From: Scyliorhinus canicula
Taxonomy: Eukaryota
Direction of reading: 5' to 3'
Assembly (NCBI RefSeq): GCF_902713615.1
Contig: NC_052156.1
Location: 21,603,287-21,667,286 of the forward strand
DNA length: 64,000 nt
Under the pieces are notes generated by a model. The model was given only the letters and a program-made list of their open reading frames with translations, did no database searches and was not told where the DNA came from. Positions 24,313 through 35,567 of this stretch are shown here, one piece after another. Position 1 is the first letter of the stretch; each line of letters opens with the position of its first letter. The translations under genes were made by a program, and so were the position numbers.

Positions 24313-27216
24313 CTACACTATGCCCTTATCATCCATATGCTTATCCAATAAAATTTTAAATGCCCTCAATGTTGGCGAGTTCACTACTGCTGCAGGTAGG
24401 GCATTCCAGGGCCTCACCACTCTTTGCGTAAAAAACCCACCTCTGACCTCTGTCCTATATCTATTACCCCTCAATTTAAGGCTATGTCCCCTCGTGCTAG
24501 CCACCTCCATCCGCGGGAGAAGGCTCTCACTGTCCACCCTATCTAACCCTCTGATCATTTTGTATGCCTCTATTAAGTCACCTCTTAACCTTCTTCTCTC
24601 TAACGAAAACAACCTCAAGTCCATCAGCCTTTCCTCATAAGATTTTCCCGCCATACCAGGCAACATCCTGGTAAATCTCCTCTGCACCCGTTCCAAAGCT
24701 TCCACGTCCTTCCTATAATGAGGCGACCAGAACTGTACGCAATACTCCAAATGTGGCCGTACTAGAGTTTTGTACAACTGCAACATGACCTCATGGCTCC
24801 GGAACTCAATCCCTCTACCAATAAAGGCCAACACACCATAGGCCTTCTTCACAACCCTATCAACCTGGGTGGCAACTTTCAGGGATCTATGTACATGGAC
24901 ACCGAGATCCCTCTGCTCATCCACACTACCAAGAATTTTACCATTAGCCAAATATTCCGCATTCCTGTTATTCTTTCCAAAGTGAATCACCTCACACTTC
25001 TCCACATTAAACTCCATTTGCCACCTCTCAGCCCAGCTCTGCAGCTTATCTATGTCCCTCTGTAACCTGCAACATCCTTCCGCACTGTCTACAACTCCAC
25101 CGACTTTAGTGTCGTCTGCAAATTTACTCACCCATCCTTCTGCGCCCTCCTCTAGGTCATTTATAAAAATGACAAACAGCAACGGCCCCAGAACAGATCC
25201 TTGTGGTACGCCACTCGTAACTGAACTCCATTCTGAACATTTCCCATCAACTACCACTCTCTGTCTTCTTTCAACTAGCCAATTTCTGATCCACATCTCT
25301 AAATCACCCTCAATCCCCAGCCTCCGTATTTTCTGCAATAGCCGACCGTGGGGAACCTTATCAAACGCTTTACTGAAATCCATATACACCACATCAACTG
25401 CTCTACCCTCGTCTACCTGTTCAGTCACCTTCTCAAAGAACTCGATAAGGTTTGTGAGGCATGACCTACCCTTCACAAAACCATGCTGACTATCCCTAAT
25501 CATATTATTCCTATCTAGATGATTATAAATTGTATCTTTTATAATCCTCTCCAAGACTTTACCCACCACAGACGTTAGGCTCACCGGCCTATAGTTACCG
25601 GGGTTATCTCTAATTCCCTTCTTGAACAAAGGGACCACATTTGCTATCCTCCAGTCCTCTGGCACTATTCCTGTAGCCAATGATGACCTAAAAATCAAAG
25701 CCAAAGGCTCAGCAATCTCTTCCCTGGCTTCCCAGAGAATCCTAGGATAAATCCCATCAGGCCCCGGGGACTTATCTATTTTCACCTTGTCCAGAATTGC
25801 CAACACTTCTTCCCTACGCACCTCAATGCCATTTATTCTAATATCCTGGGTCTCAGCATTCTCCTCCACAATATTATCTTTTTCTTGAGTGAATACTGAC
25901 GAAAAGTATTCATTTAGTATCTCGCTTATCTCCTCAGCCTCCACACACAACTTCCCACCACTGTCCTTGACTGGCCCTACTCTTACCCTAGTCATTCTTT
26001 TATTTCTGACATACCTATAGAAAGCTTTTGGGTTTTCCTTGATCCTACCTGCCAAAGACTTCTCATGTCTCCTCCTTGCTCGTCTCAGCTCTCTCTTTAG
26101 ATCCTTCCTCACTTCCTTGTAACTATCAAGCGCCCCAACTGAAACTTCACGCCTCATCTTCACATAGGCCTCCTTCTTCCTCTTAACAAGAGATTCCACT
26201 TCTTTGGTAAACCACGGTTCCCTCGCTCGACCCTTTCCTCCCTGCCTGACTGGTACGTACTTATCAAGAACATGCAATAGCTGTTCCTTGAACAAGCTCC
26301 ACATATCCAGTGTGCCCAACCCTTGCAGCCTACTTCTCCAACCTACACATCCTAAGTCATGTCTAATGGCATCATAATTGCCCTTCCCCCAGCTATAACT
26401 CTTGCCCTGCGGGGTATACTTCTCCCTTTCCATCACTAACGTAAAGGTCACTGAATTGTGGTCACTGTTTCCAAAGTGCTCACCTACCTCCAGATCTAAC
26501 ACCTGGCCTGGTTCATTACCCAAAACCAAATCCAATGTGGCCTCGCCTCTTGTTGGCCTGTCAACATATTGTGTCAGGAAACCCTCCTGCACACATTGTA
26601 CAAAGAACGACCCATCTAATGTACTCGAACTATATCTTTTCCAGTCAATATTTGGAAAGTTAAAGTCTCCCATCACAACTACCCTGTTACTTTCGCTCTT
26701 TTCCAGAATCATCTTCGCCATCCTTTCCTCTACATCCCTAGAACTGTTAGGTGGCCTATAGAAAACTCCCAACAGGGTGACCTCTCCTTTTCTGTTTCTA
26801 ACCTCAGCCCATACTATCTCGGAAGAAGAGTCCCCATCTAGCATCCTTTCCGCCACCGTAATACTGTCCTTGACTAGCAGCGCCACACCTCCCCCTCTTT
26901 TGCCCCCTTCTCTGACCTTACTAAAACACCTAAACCCCGGAACCTGCAACAACCATTCCTGTCCCTGCTCTATCCATGTCTCTGAAATGGCCACAACATC
27001 GAAGTCCCAGGTACCAACCCATGCTGCCAGTTCCCCAACCTTATTTCGTATACTCCTGGCATTGAAGTAGACACACTTCAAACCACCTACCTGAACACTG
27101 GCACCCTCCTGCGAAGTCAAATTTGTGCTCCTGACCTCTATACTCTCAATCTCCCGTACCCCAAAATTACAATCCAGGTTCCCATGCCCCTGCTGAATTA
27201 GTTTAAACCCCCCCAA
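24313..27216 (-). CDS. CR1 ORF2p: APE endonuclease plus reverse transcriptase (no AUG at its 5' end)
   Basis: 967 open codons; APE motifs FNARS, SETW, YRPP, GDFN, LDL, SDH; RT motifs NYRPVSL, QHGF, DFSKAFD, GVPQGSVLGP, FADD. Confidence 0.97.
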   Translation of the reverse strand: MGGFKLIQQGHGNLDCNFGVREIESIEVRSTNLTSQEGASVQVGGLKCVYFNARSIRNKVGELAAWVGTWDFDVVAISETWIEQGQEWLLQVPGFRCFSKVREGGKRGGGVALLVKDSITVAERMLDGDSSSEIVWAEVRNRKGEVTLLGVFYRPPNSSRDVEERMAKMILEKSESNRVVVMGDFNFPNIDWKRYSSSTLDGSFFVQCVQEGFLTQYVDRPTRGEATLDLVLGNEPGQVLDLEVGEHFGNSDHNSVTFTLVMEREKYTPQGKSYSWGKGNYDAIRHDLGCVGWRSRLQGLGTLDMWSLFKEQLLHVLDKYVPVRQGGKGRAREPWFTKEVESLVKRKKEAYVKMRREVSVGALDSYKEVRKDLKRELRRARRRHEKSLAGRIKENPKAFYRYVRNKRMTRVRVGPVKDSGGKLCVEAEEISEILNEYFSSVFTQEKDNIVEENAETQDIRINGIEVRREEVLAILDKVKIDKSPGPDGIYPRILWEAREEIAEPLALIFRSSLATGIVPEDWRIANVVPLFKKGIRDNPGNYRPVSLTSVVGKVLERIIKDTIYNHLDRNNMIRDSQHGFVKGRSCLTNLIEFFEKVTEQVDEGRAVDVVYMDFSKAFDKVPHGRLLQKIRRLGIEGDLEMWIRNWLVERRQRVVVDGKCSEWSSVTSGVPQGSVLGPLLFVIFINDLEEGAEGWVSKFADDTKVGGVVDSAEGCCRLQRDIDKLQSWAERWQMEFNVEKCEVIHFGKNNRNAEYLANGKILGSVDEQRDLGVHVHRSLKVATQVDRVVKKAYGVLAFIGRGIEFRSHEVMLQLYKTLVRPHLEYCVQFWSPHYRKDVEALERVQRRFTRMLPGMAGKSYEERLMDLRLFSLERRRLRGDLIEAYKMIRGLDRVDSESLLPRMEVASTRGHSLKLRGNRYRTEVRGGFFTQRVVRPWNALPAAVVNSPTLRAFKILLDKHMDDKGIV

Positions 27217-28124
27217 AGAGCACTAACAAATCTCCCCCCCAGGATATTGGTGCCCCTCAGGTTCAGATGTAGACCATCCTGTCTATAGAGGTCCCACCTT
27301 CCCCAGAAGGAGCCCCAGTTATCCAGAAATCTGAATCCCTCCCGCCAGCACCATCCCTGTAGCCACGTGTTTAATTGCTCTCTCTCCCTATTCCTCATCT
27401 CACTATCACGTGGCACGGGCAACAACCCAGAGATAACAACTCTGTTTGTTCTCGCTCTGAGCTTCCATCCTAGCTCCCTAAAGGCCTGCCTGACATCCTT
27501 GTCCCCTTTCCTACCTATGTCGTTAGTGCCAATGTGGACTACGACTTGGGGCTGCTCCCCCTCCCCCTTAAGGACCCGGAAAACACGATCCGAGACATCA
27601 CGTACCCTTGCACCTGGGAGGCAACATACCAAACGTGAGTCCCTTTCGCTCCCACAAAATCTCCTATCTGTGCCCCTGACTATTGAGTCCCCAATTACTA
27701 ATGTTCTACTCCTTTCCCCCCTTCCCTTCTGAGCAACAGGGACAGACTCCGTGCCAGAGACCCGTACCCCATGGCTTACCCCTGGTAAGTCGTCCCCCCC
27801 ACAAGTATCCAAAACGGTATACTTGTTACTCAGGGGAACAACCGCAGGGGGTCCCTGCACTGACTGCTTCTTCCCAGTCCCTCTTACAGTTACCCATCTA
27901 TCTCCAGTCTTTGGTGTAACTACTTCCCTGAAGCTCCTATCTATGACCCCCTCTGCCTCCCGAATGATCCGAAGTTCATCCAGCTCAAGCTCCAGGTCCC
28001 TAACACGGTTTTTGAGGAGCTGGAGTTGGGTGCACTTCCCACAGATGAAATTGGCAGGGACACTGACGGCGTCCCTCACCTCAAACATTCTGCAGGAGGA
28101 GCATTGCACTGCCTTCCCTGACAT
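27198..28124 (-). CDS. CR1 ORF1p: CxxC..CxxC zinc finger, coiled coil, SGNH/GDSL esterase
   Basis: CSSC...CGKC, heptad leucines, then LVIGDS / LPGA / HIGTND / DGLHLN blocks with the catalytic S, G, N, D, H all present. Confidence 0.95.
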   Translation of the reverse strand: MSGKAVQCSSCRMFEVRDAVSVPANFICGKCTQLQLLKNRVRDLELELDELRIIREAEGVIDRSFREVVTPKTGDRWVTVRGTGKKQSVQGPPAVVPLSNKYTVLDTCGGDDLPGVSHGVRVSGTESVPVAQKGRGERSRTLVIGDSIVRGTDRRFCGSERDSRLVCCLPGARVRDVSDRVFRVLKGEGEQPQVVVHIGTNDIGRKGDKDVRQAFRELGWKLRARTNRVVISGLLPVPRDSEMRNREREQLNTWLQGWCWREGFRFLDNWGSFWGRWDLYRQDGLHLNLRGTNILGGRFVSALWGGLN

Positions 28125-31044
28125 CACCTCTAGATTTAAAAAAACACAAGAAAAAGAAAAAGGAAGAGCTTACCTGATATTACCACAAACCCTGCTCCCG
28201 CTGAAAGGTAAGCAAATTTAAAGGCACTCACTCACCTTCACGACAGGCCCCTGCTCCCGCTTCCCAACCACCGTGGGGTGGGGGGGTTGGTTAGAGGAGG
28301 AGGTAGGGTGGGAAACACTCACAATTTGAGAGGAATGGATATAATAGGGCTAGAGCATCCATGTGACAGTTAGTTTGTTTCTGGTGGTATTATGAGGAAT
28401 TTTGACAAGAACCCGAGTTACATTGTCCTCTTTGATAAAATGTAATTAGACCTTTAATACACACTTGAACCATTGACACTCAAGGCTGGGAACAATGCAG
28501 CACTAGTCAACCTATGTTACTAATTTTCCCAAGTAATAAACCCCTCTAATGGTCTAACATTAATTGCATTATACTGATTTGTATAGTCTGTAGAATTTCC
28601 TAAAGTCATAGAATTTACAGGGCAGAAGGAGGCTATTCGGCCCATTGAGTCCGCACCAGCCCTTAGAAAGAGCACCCCACCCAAGCCCACCTTTTTGGAC
28701 ACTAAGGGCAATTTAGCATGGCCAATCCACCTACCCACACAACTTTGGACTGTGGGAGAAAACCGGAGCTCCCGGAGGAAACCCAGGCACAGGGAGAACG
28801 TATAGATTCTGCACAGACAGTGACCCAAGCTGAACCGCAGTTGATCTTAGAATGAGTTGAAATGTTGCCGCAGTGACCTCGAGTTGAGAGAAAAATCCAG
28901 AGCTTCTTCTCAAGGCACAGCCTTCTGACTCAGATGCAGTTTAATAGGCATCAGTACCTCAAGCAAGAGGCCATTATCCATGTGATCCTGGACCGGTGTT
29001 AGTAGGCTATTTGATGCCATGAGAATGGAATCTAATTCTGTGCCCAGTCATTGACTATATGTTCAACAGGGGTCACCAGAGTAGGGAAATCCCTACTTAG
29101 TTTCTTCGTTCCTAAAGTAGGAGCATGGGAAATAAGAGTTGGCCATTCGACCCCTGCTCCACCATTCAACTGGATGGCTGATTTTCTGCCCATTTGTAGT
29201 GGCTATATAGCTGCTATGGCTGCGATCAGTTTGCTCAGTAGAAATAGCAAGTTTTTAATGGTATGGAACGTTTGGGGAATGATTAGATTTGTGGTGTAAT
29301 TTGACTAATAGTAAATTAATTGCAAACAGATTTGGTATAGATGCCACATCGTTACCATCTTCTCCACTCCAGTAATTACTACAGCTGTTTGCTCATCTTC
29401 CATTTCGCTCGTTTTATACATCCTTGCCTTATCTCGTCTTTCTCAGTTTAGACCTTTCATGACAATGTAATTACCTATCTTTATTAGTTTATTAATGGTC
29501 AAAAACTGGAATACTTAAATGTTCATTCGATATGGACAGGGCAGCACAGTAGCACAAGTGGACAGCACTGGCTTCACAGCGCCAGGGTCTTAGGTTTGAT
29601 TCCCTGCTGGGTCACTGTCTGTGTGGAGTCTGCACGTTCTCCCAGTGTCTGCGTGGGTTTCCTCCGGTTTCCGCCCACAGTCCAAATACGTGCAGGTTAG
29701 GTGGATTGGCCATGATAAATTGCCCTTAGTGTCCAAAAAGGTTAGGAGGGGTTATTGGGTTACGGGGATAGGGTGAAAATGAGGGCTTAATGTGGGTGCA
29801 GACTCGACAGGCCGAATGGCCTCCTTCTGCAATGTATGTTCTATTGGATATGACTAAATGCTGCACGCATAACAGTTTGAAGGAAACCCAAAAAAATGAC
29901 TGAAATCTTTCACAACTTATTCATTTAAAGTTAGCAAAAAAATTCAAAATAAGCCATTGTTCTAATTTTAAACAAAGCTCAACAGCATGCAATTTGACTT
30001 ATTAACTTAACATTTACACTGAAAATCTCTGAAGGATATTAAAGTGAAGCAGTAGAAGCACATAACAAGTGACTCGTGCCAAAATGAAGATGTTTGAGTT
30101 GGAAAGCAAATGGATAATTGATTCAATAACAGGAAATAAAACATAACATTCAAAAGCTAAATTCTAACCAGGCAACAGTGGGCAGTAGAGTACTCCAGGG
30201 AATCAGTGCTGGGTCTTCTGCTGTTCGCAATCTATAATAACTTGTATTCATAAAGCACCTTCAAAGTAGTAAAACATTCCAAGAACTTCACAGAAGCAAG
30301 AGTCAAACAAAACTAACAATGTTGTTAAAACTCATGTGCGTGTTTGTTGATGATATAAAGTTGTAATGTTCAGAGCAAAGAGGTAAAATTTAGTACAATC
30401 CACAGATGATGACAACCGGGCAGATGAACTGCAAAAGATTTTTAATATTGAAAAGCATAAGGCATTACATATTAGTGGCAATAACAGCAATAAGATTAAC
30501 ATATCTAGAATTAATTATTCCCATTCAATTAATTTTTTAACGGTTTAGTTGAAACTGGGAACTCATGCGAGAGTCTCCAGCTTACTTTGATGTGCTGCCC
30601 TAGTACATGTGTGTGTTTAAAAGCACCCTGTTGACCAATGTAAAGAGCAGTAGTACAGATGGCAACCTGACCATTCAATGCCAAAGTGTCCTAGATCAGT
30701 AGAAATGACACCTTTTCACAATTAGTGAAACTCATGCCAGTGGTCGTCTATCATTTGCTGCCATAAAAAGTCACAGAAGCGACAAAATCTCCATCCACTC
30801 ACAGTATAACAAAATTCATAATGTGATTCCAAACACAGTTACAATATGGTCTATTTTTACCTCAATTAAAACATTAATATACAAGTAATGGAATAAAAAC
30901 AGAATAACTAAAATAATGACTAAGAATGTGGACTTTCCTGCCTAATTGACACTATGGTGGAAATATACAAATGATGAATTAATTAGAGACTGTTGTTTCA
31001 AACTGGAGTGTAATTTGGGAAAGACAAAGCAAGCACCAGTAGAA

Positions 31045-31258
31045 TCCAAAAATGCTGGAAACACTTAGCTGCTCAGGCAATTGGTGTAAAGACAGTGGCA
31101 GTGTAACCGATTCAGGTCAATGACCTATCGTCAGTTCTGACAGAAGGTCATCATCCTGATATGTTAATCATACCTTCCTCTCTGCAGATACTGTCTGACC
31201 GACTGAGTTTCCAACATTTGCTATTTCAGATTGCCAGCATCTGCAATATTTTGCTTTA
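31045..31258. repeat. Degenerate palindromic Penelope-like terminal repeat (related pieces about 46830-47030 and 48990-49130)
   Basis: Imperfect inverted arms AAATGCTGGAAACACTTAG / CTGAGTTTCCAACATTT centred near 31135, with eroded hammerhead-like cores. Confidence 0.6.
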
Positions 31259-31421
31259 GGTTTCACTCTTTCCATTATTCAGGAATTCTGGATGGTCATT
31301 ATTGACAGGTTTTATTGCATGCATTTACTGCCTTAAACGTTAAAGTGTACTGTCTTTTAAAGATGTGGATTAAGGAGTAAAGTCAGAGAGGCTATAACAC
31401 AAACTACGAATGAAATTTTGT

Positions 31422-31427
31422 TTTATT
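31422..31427 (-). terminator. ARPC4: ARPC4 polyadenylation signal AATAAA (second candidate at 31311-31316)
   Basis: Plus-strand TTTATT about 300 nt after the stop, with a downstream GU/U-rich stretch (gtagtttgtgtt). Confidence 0.6.
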
Positions 31428-31724
31428 TTTCAAAATACAAATGCATTAACTCGGTCCCTTCGATTTGTGAAAGACCTCATGACAGCAGGAATTATGCTGT
31501 TGTAAATACAGTATCAGTTGAAAAATGATCTGATAATACTAAAGCCAGCAGTCTGGTTGGGTTATTTTACAAGCCCCTTCCAGCAGGCTGGTCAGGTTAT
31601 TGTATGTGTCCCCTTTCAGCAGACGATTACACCCACCCCCGCCCCAAGCTTCCTTCCAGCAGTGCAGTTTCACGTAGTTCCTCGTAACCTTGGTCTCGTT
31701 CGATAACAGCAAATGCAACCAGTA

Positions 31725-31730
31725 TCAGAA
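31725..31730 (-). CDS. ARPC4: ARPC4 final coding exon (TTC TGA = F-stop)
   Basis: Strong polypyrimidine tract ctgtttttttcttttttcAG followed by TTC TGA gives the conserved C-terminus ...EFLKNF*; followed by unique 3'UTR-like sequence. Confidence 0.85.
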   Translation of the reverse strand, partial: F

Positions 31731-32399
31731 CTGAAAAAAGAAAAAAACAGTATTGTTATCACATTCAGTATGCTTCGAGTTACAGAGGAAGAATGCTTGG
31801 TGGGGAAAGTATTTTTAGTACCAGGTACTGCCCTCTTATCTGCCACACATCTGGTTTAGAACAACTATCCTATGAACTTAACATTTGAAATCAGGTACAG
31901 GGAACAAACTATTGACTTTGCAAATGACTCTTTGGTGAGTCATTAAAAGTGGCACAATATAGCTATCCCTCCTGGTTTTCCTCTAGAGAGGCACAGCTGA
32001 GAACAGGACTTAGCAGTGACTTGGAAGGCACAAGCTCCATACCCTTGAGTATCTTTCCCCCTTCAAACAATTTCAACTCCAATTCCATTGGGCAGCATAG
32101 TAGCACAGTGGTTAGCACGGTTGCTTCACAGCTCCAGGGTCCGGGGTCTACACATTCTCCCTGTGTCTGTGTGGGTTTCCTCCGGTTGCCTCCCATAGTC
32201 CAAAGATGTGCATTAGGTGGACTGGCCATGCTAAATTGTCCTTAGTGTCCAAAAAAGGTGAGGTGGAGTTACTGCGTTACAGGGATAGGATGGAGGTGTG
32301 GAAATTAAGTTGGGTGCTCTTTCCAAGAGCCAGTGCAGACTTGATGGGCCCAATGGGGTCCTTCTGCACTGTAAATTCTATGTTCCATATGGAATTGTA

Positions 32400-33460
32400 A
32401 ATATAGAACAAGCAAGAAGTAAATTGAGAAGGAAAAATGGGGAACACCATGCGTGGAGGAAAGGACAGCAAATAAGCAGGGGGTAAATAATGGGAATAGA
32501 GGCTTCAATATATGGAGGAAAAAAAGGAAGCGAAACAGAAAAGGGTGGTCAGGGGTAAGAGAAGCCAAAGTGGAAGGCTTGAGAGAGTAAAAGAGAGAGG
32601 CTTAAGGGAGAGAAAGACTTGCGGGAGATAATGAGAAAGATAGAGAGAAAGATAGGGACAGAGAAGAGCATCATAAAAAGACAGGAGGGGAGTGAAGGGA
32701 AAGAAAGACTGTAAGAACTTGAAGGAGACTGACAGGTGATGGGCAAGGGAAGTACCAGTGGTAAAGGGGCTGTTTAGCACAGAGCTAAATCGCTGGCTTT
32801 GAAAGCAGACCAAGCAGGCCAGCAGCACGGTTCGATTCCCGTAACAGCCTCCCCGAACAGGCGCCGGAATGTGGCGACTAGGGGCTTTTCACAGTAACTT
32901 CATTGAAGCCTACTCGTGACAAGCGATTTTCATTTCATTTTTCAAAATGTGAATCAGGGAATATGCAGCATTGAAAAGGATACCACAGACTGATGAGATG
33001 CAATGAAGGGGCAACAAATAACAGCATTGCTGAGAATGGAGATGAATCAAGGAAGAGCAGCCATGTAGAGCAGGTGGCCTGATGAAAAATTAAGGGTATG
33101 AATAAACTACGATTGTAGAGCAAAATGGAACAAATCTGTTGGGACCGCGACACACTAATGTTACTTGAATTCCTGGCCACATCCAACCATATAGGGCTAG
33201 TGACCCAAAATGTCCCTGCAGCCCGATTTGGATCCCTCTCCAGCCGCTATACATTCCACCAACAACTTCAAACAAAAAAAAACTGCAGATCGTATGGAGA
33301 CAAAATATAAATGAAAAGAAAACATAAGAAATAAAAGCAAAACAAAACTCAGCGACACAAAGGCAAAAATATATAAAGACACCAGAAATAACAGACCAAG
33401 AAAAAGACACAGGACAAACTAAAGATAAGAGGAAGCAAGATTTTGTATGACTTAAAAGCA
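32400..33460 (+). repeat. Purine (A/G)-rich low-complexity tract in ARPC4 intron 5
   Basis: Strong A/G skew on the + strand, interrupted by a SINE. Confidence 0.6.
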
Positions 33461-35567
33461 ATGTATTAGAATATTTGCTAATAGCAAGTCTTGCTTAATG
33501 TATTTCACCTTTGTCATACTTAATTCCTGTCTCAGTATTTGCCATGCTTTTTTACTGTGCCTTGGTATTAGATCTGTTCAAAATTCACTTTCTCCCCTTT
33601 TCTCCATTGCTGAACTGCTCAGCATGCCAATACTAAAGAGATTTATGCTGTTCTTAAATGAGTGGCATTACTAGTCACAAGTTCATTCTAATCTTATTAA
33701 CTACCGAGGAGTCATCCTTGACCAGAAGCTGGAACTGGACCAACCACTTAAAGCCCGTGGCTACAAGAGCCAGTAAAAGGCTGGCAATTCTGCAGCAAGT
33801 AACTCACCTCCCGACTCCCCAAAGCCCGTCTACCATCGACAACGCATAAGCCAGGAAATTTCTCCACTTGCCTGGGTGAATGTAACTCCAACAATACTAA
33901 AGAAGCCCAACACCATCCAGAACAAAGTTGACTGGCACCTCATCCACCACCTTAAATATTCGCTTCTTCCACCACCGACGCATGGTGGCAGTAGTATCAT
34001 CTACAAGATGCACTTTTGAACAGTGGTTAGCACTGCTGTCTCATAGCACTAGGGACGCGAGTTCAATTCCAGCCTTTGGTCACTTTCTGTGTGGAGTTTG
34101 GTCGTTCTCACAGTGTCAATGTGGGTTTCCTCCCACAGTCCATAGATGTATTGGTTAGGTGGATTGGCAGTGCTAAATTTCTCCTTAGTACCCAGGGATG
34201 CCCAGGTTACGGTGATAGGGTAGGGCGGACGGGGGAATGGACATGGGTAGAGAGCGCTTTTGAAGGGTCAGTGAGTCGATGCCGAATGGCTTCCTTCTGC
34301 ACTATAGGGATTCTATGAACTCAGCAAGACTCCATCAATTGCACTCACTAAGGTTCCAACAATTGCACATCCTGAATCTGGGATCTCTACCACATTGAAG
34401 CACAAGGGTAGCAGATACCTGGGGCACCACCACCTGCAAGGGCAGCACAGTGGCACGGTGGTTAGCACTGCTGCCTCACTGCGCCAGAGACTCGGGTTCT
34501 AATGTGACCTCGAGCGTTAAGGAGTTGAAGGAATAGGATAGGAGACTGGTCCTAGGTAGAGTGCCCATTTGGAGGGTCAGTATGGACACGATAGGCCAAA
34601 TGGTCTCCTGTACAGTAGGTATTCTATGATGTCACACATCACCCTCATTTGGAAATATATCGCTGTTCTTTCACAGTTGCTGGGTCAAAATCCTGGAACT
34701 GCCTCCCCAAAAAGCACTATGGGTGTACCATGGTGCACCACATGGACTGCCGCAGTTCAAGAAGGAAGCTTGTCATCTCCTTCAAACACAATAAGAGGTG
34801 GTCAACAAATGCTGGCCTAGCCAGCGAAGCGCACATTCTGTGGAAGAATATTAAAAAACCCAGCAACTTTTGTACACCATTATTAAGGGTAACTGGACCC
34901 ATAGCTACAAGAGCAGAGAGGCTGGCTGTTCGACAACAGATGATATCTTCTGACACATCTATGTCTCACGACCATCGACAATGTCAGGAGCATAATGAAG
35001 CATACACAAACTGTTTGGAAGGGTTGATTTGCAACAATCATGCCACTCGGATTTCCGGTGGCAGCTATGAAGGAGTAAGTCGCACATTTGGTGGCTCACG
35101 TTCGGGTCGGACTTTTGGACCTTTTCCCCCGATTTTCTACCGGACTTGAATTGTAAAACTGATGACAGAGGCAATTGTGTACTGAATTCCCACATCGGTG
35201 CATGGAGAGAAGGACTAGAAGTGCTCGTAAAGGCAGAAACAGAAAGACAGAGAAGGCTTGGGCTGAAGCTGTAGCAGGAGACAGCATGGCAGAGGACTGG
35301 ACCTCTGGTTTGTCGACCCAGCGGTCAACGGAGCAGCTGATACAAGTCATTCAGGAAGGCTTTGCTAAGCAGAAACAGAACTGCTTGGACCCGATAAAAG
35401 AGTCAATTGAGAGGCTGGAGCTTAGATTGGACGCCCAAGATCGGGTGATCCAGAAGGTTGAGACGGTGCTGGCTGAGCAGGAGGAACATCAAACTGCGGT
35501 GGAGTTGGAGATAGGGATGCTGAGAGACCAGCAGAAGAAGCTCCTGGAGAAGGTGGAGGACCTAGAG

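Larger units (their letters stand above)
24225..28321 (-). mobile_element. Intact, near full-length CR1-clade LINE
   Basis: Two uninterrupted ORFs; 3' stem-loop GGCC-GAAG-GGCC and GTTCTAT-repeat terminus; 6-bp TSD CAATTT at 24219-24224 and 28322-28327. Confidence 0.97.

Noticed and set aside
31105-31165. Hammerhead-like cores in the palindromic repeat (also about 49100-49130)
   Set aside because: Catalytic boxes are mutated (GAAU, GAUA, GAAG, UUGACGA), so they are unlikely to be active.
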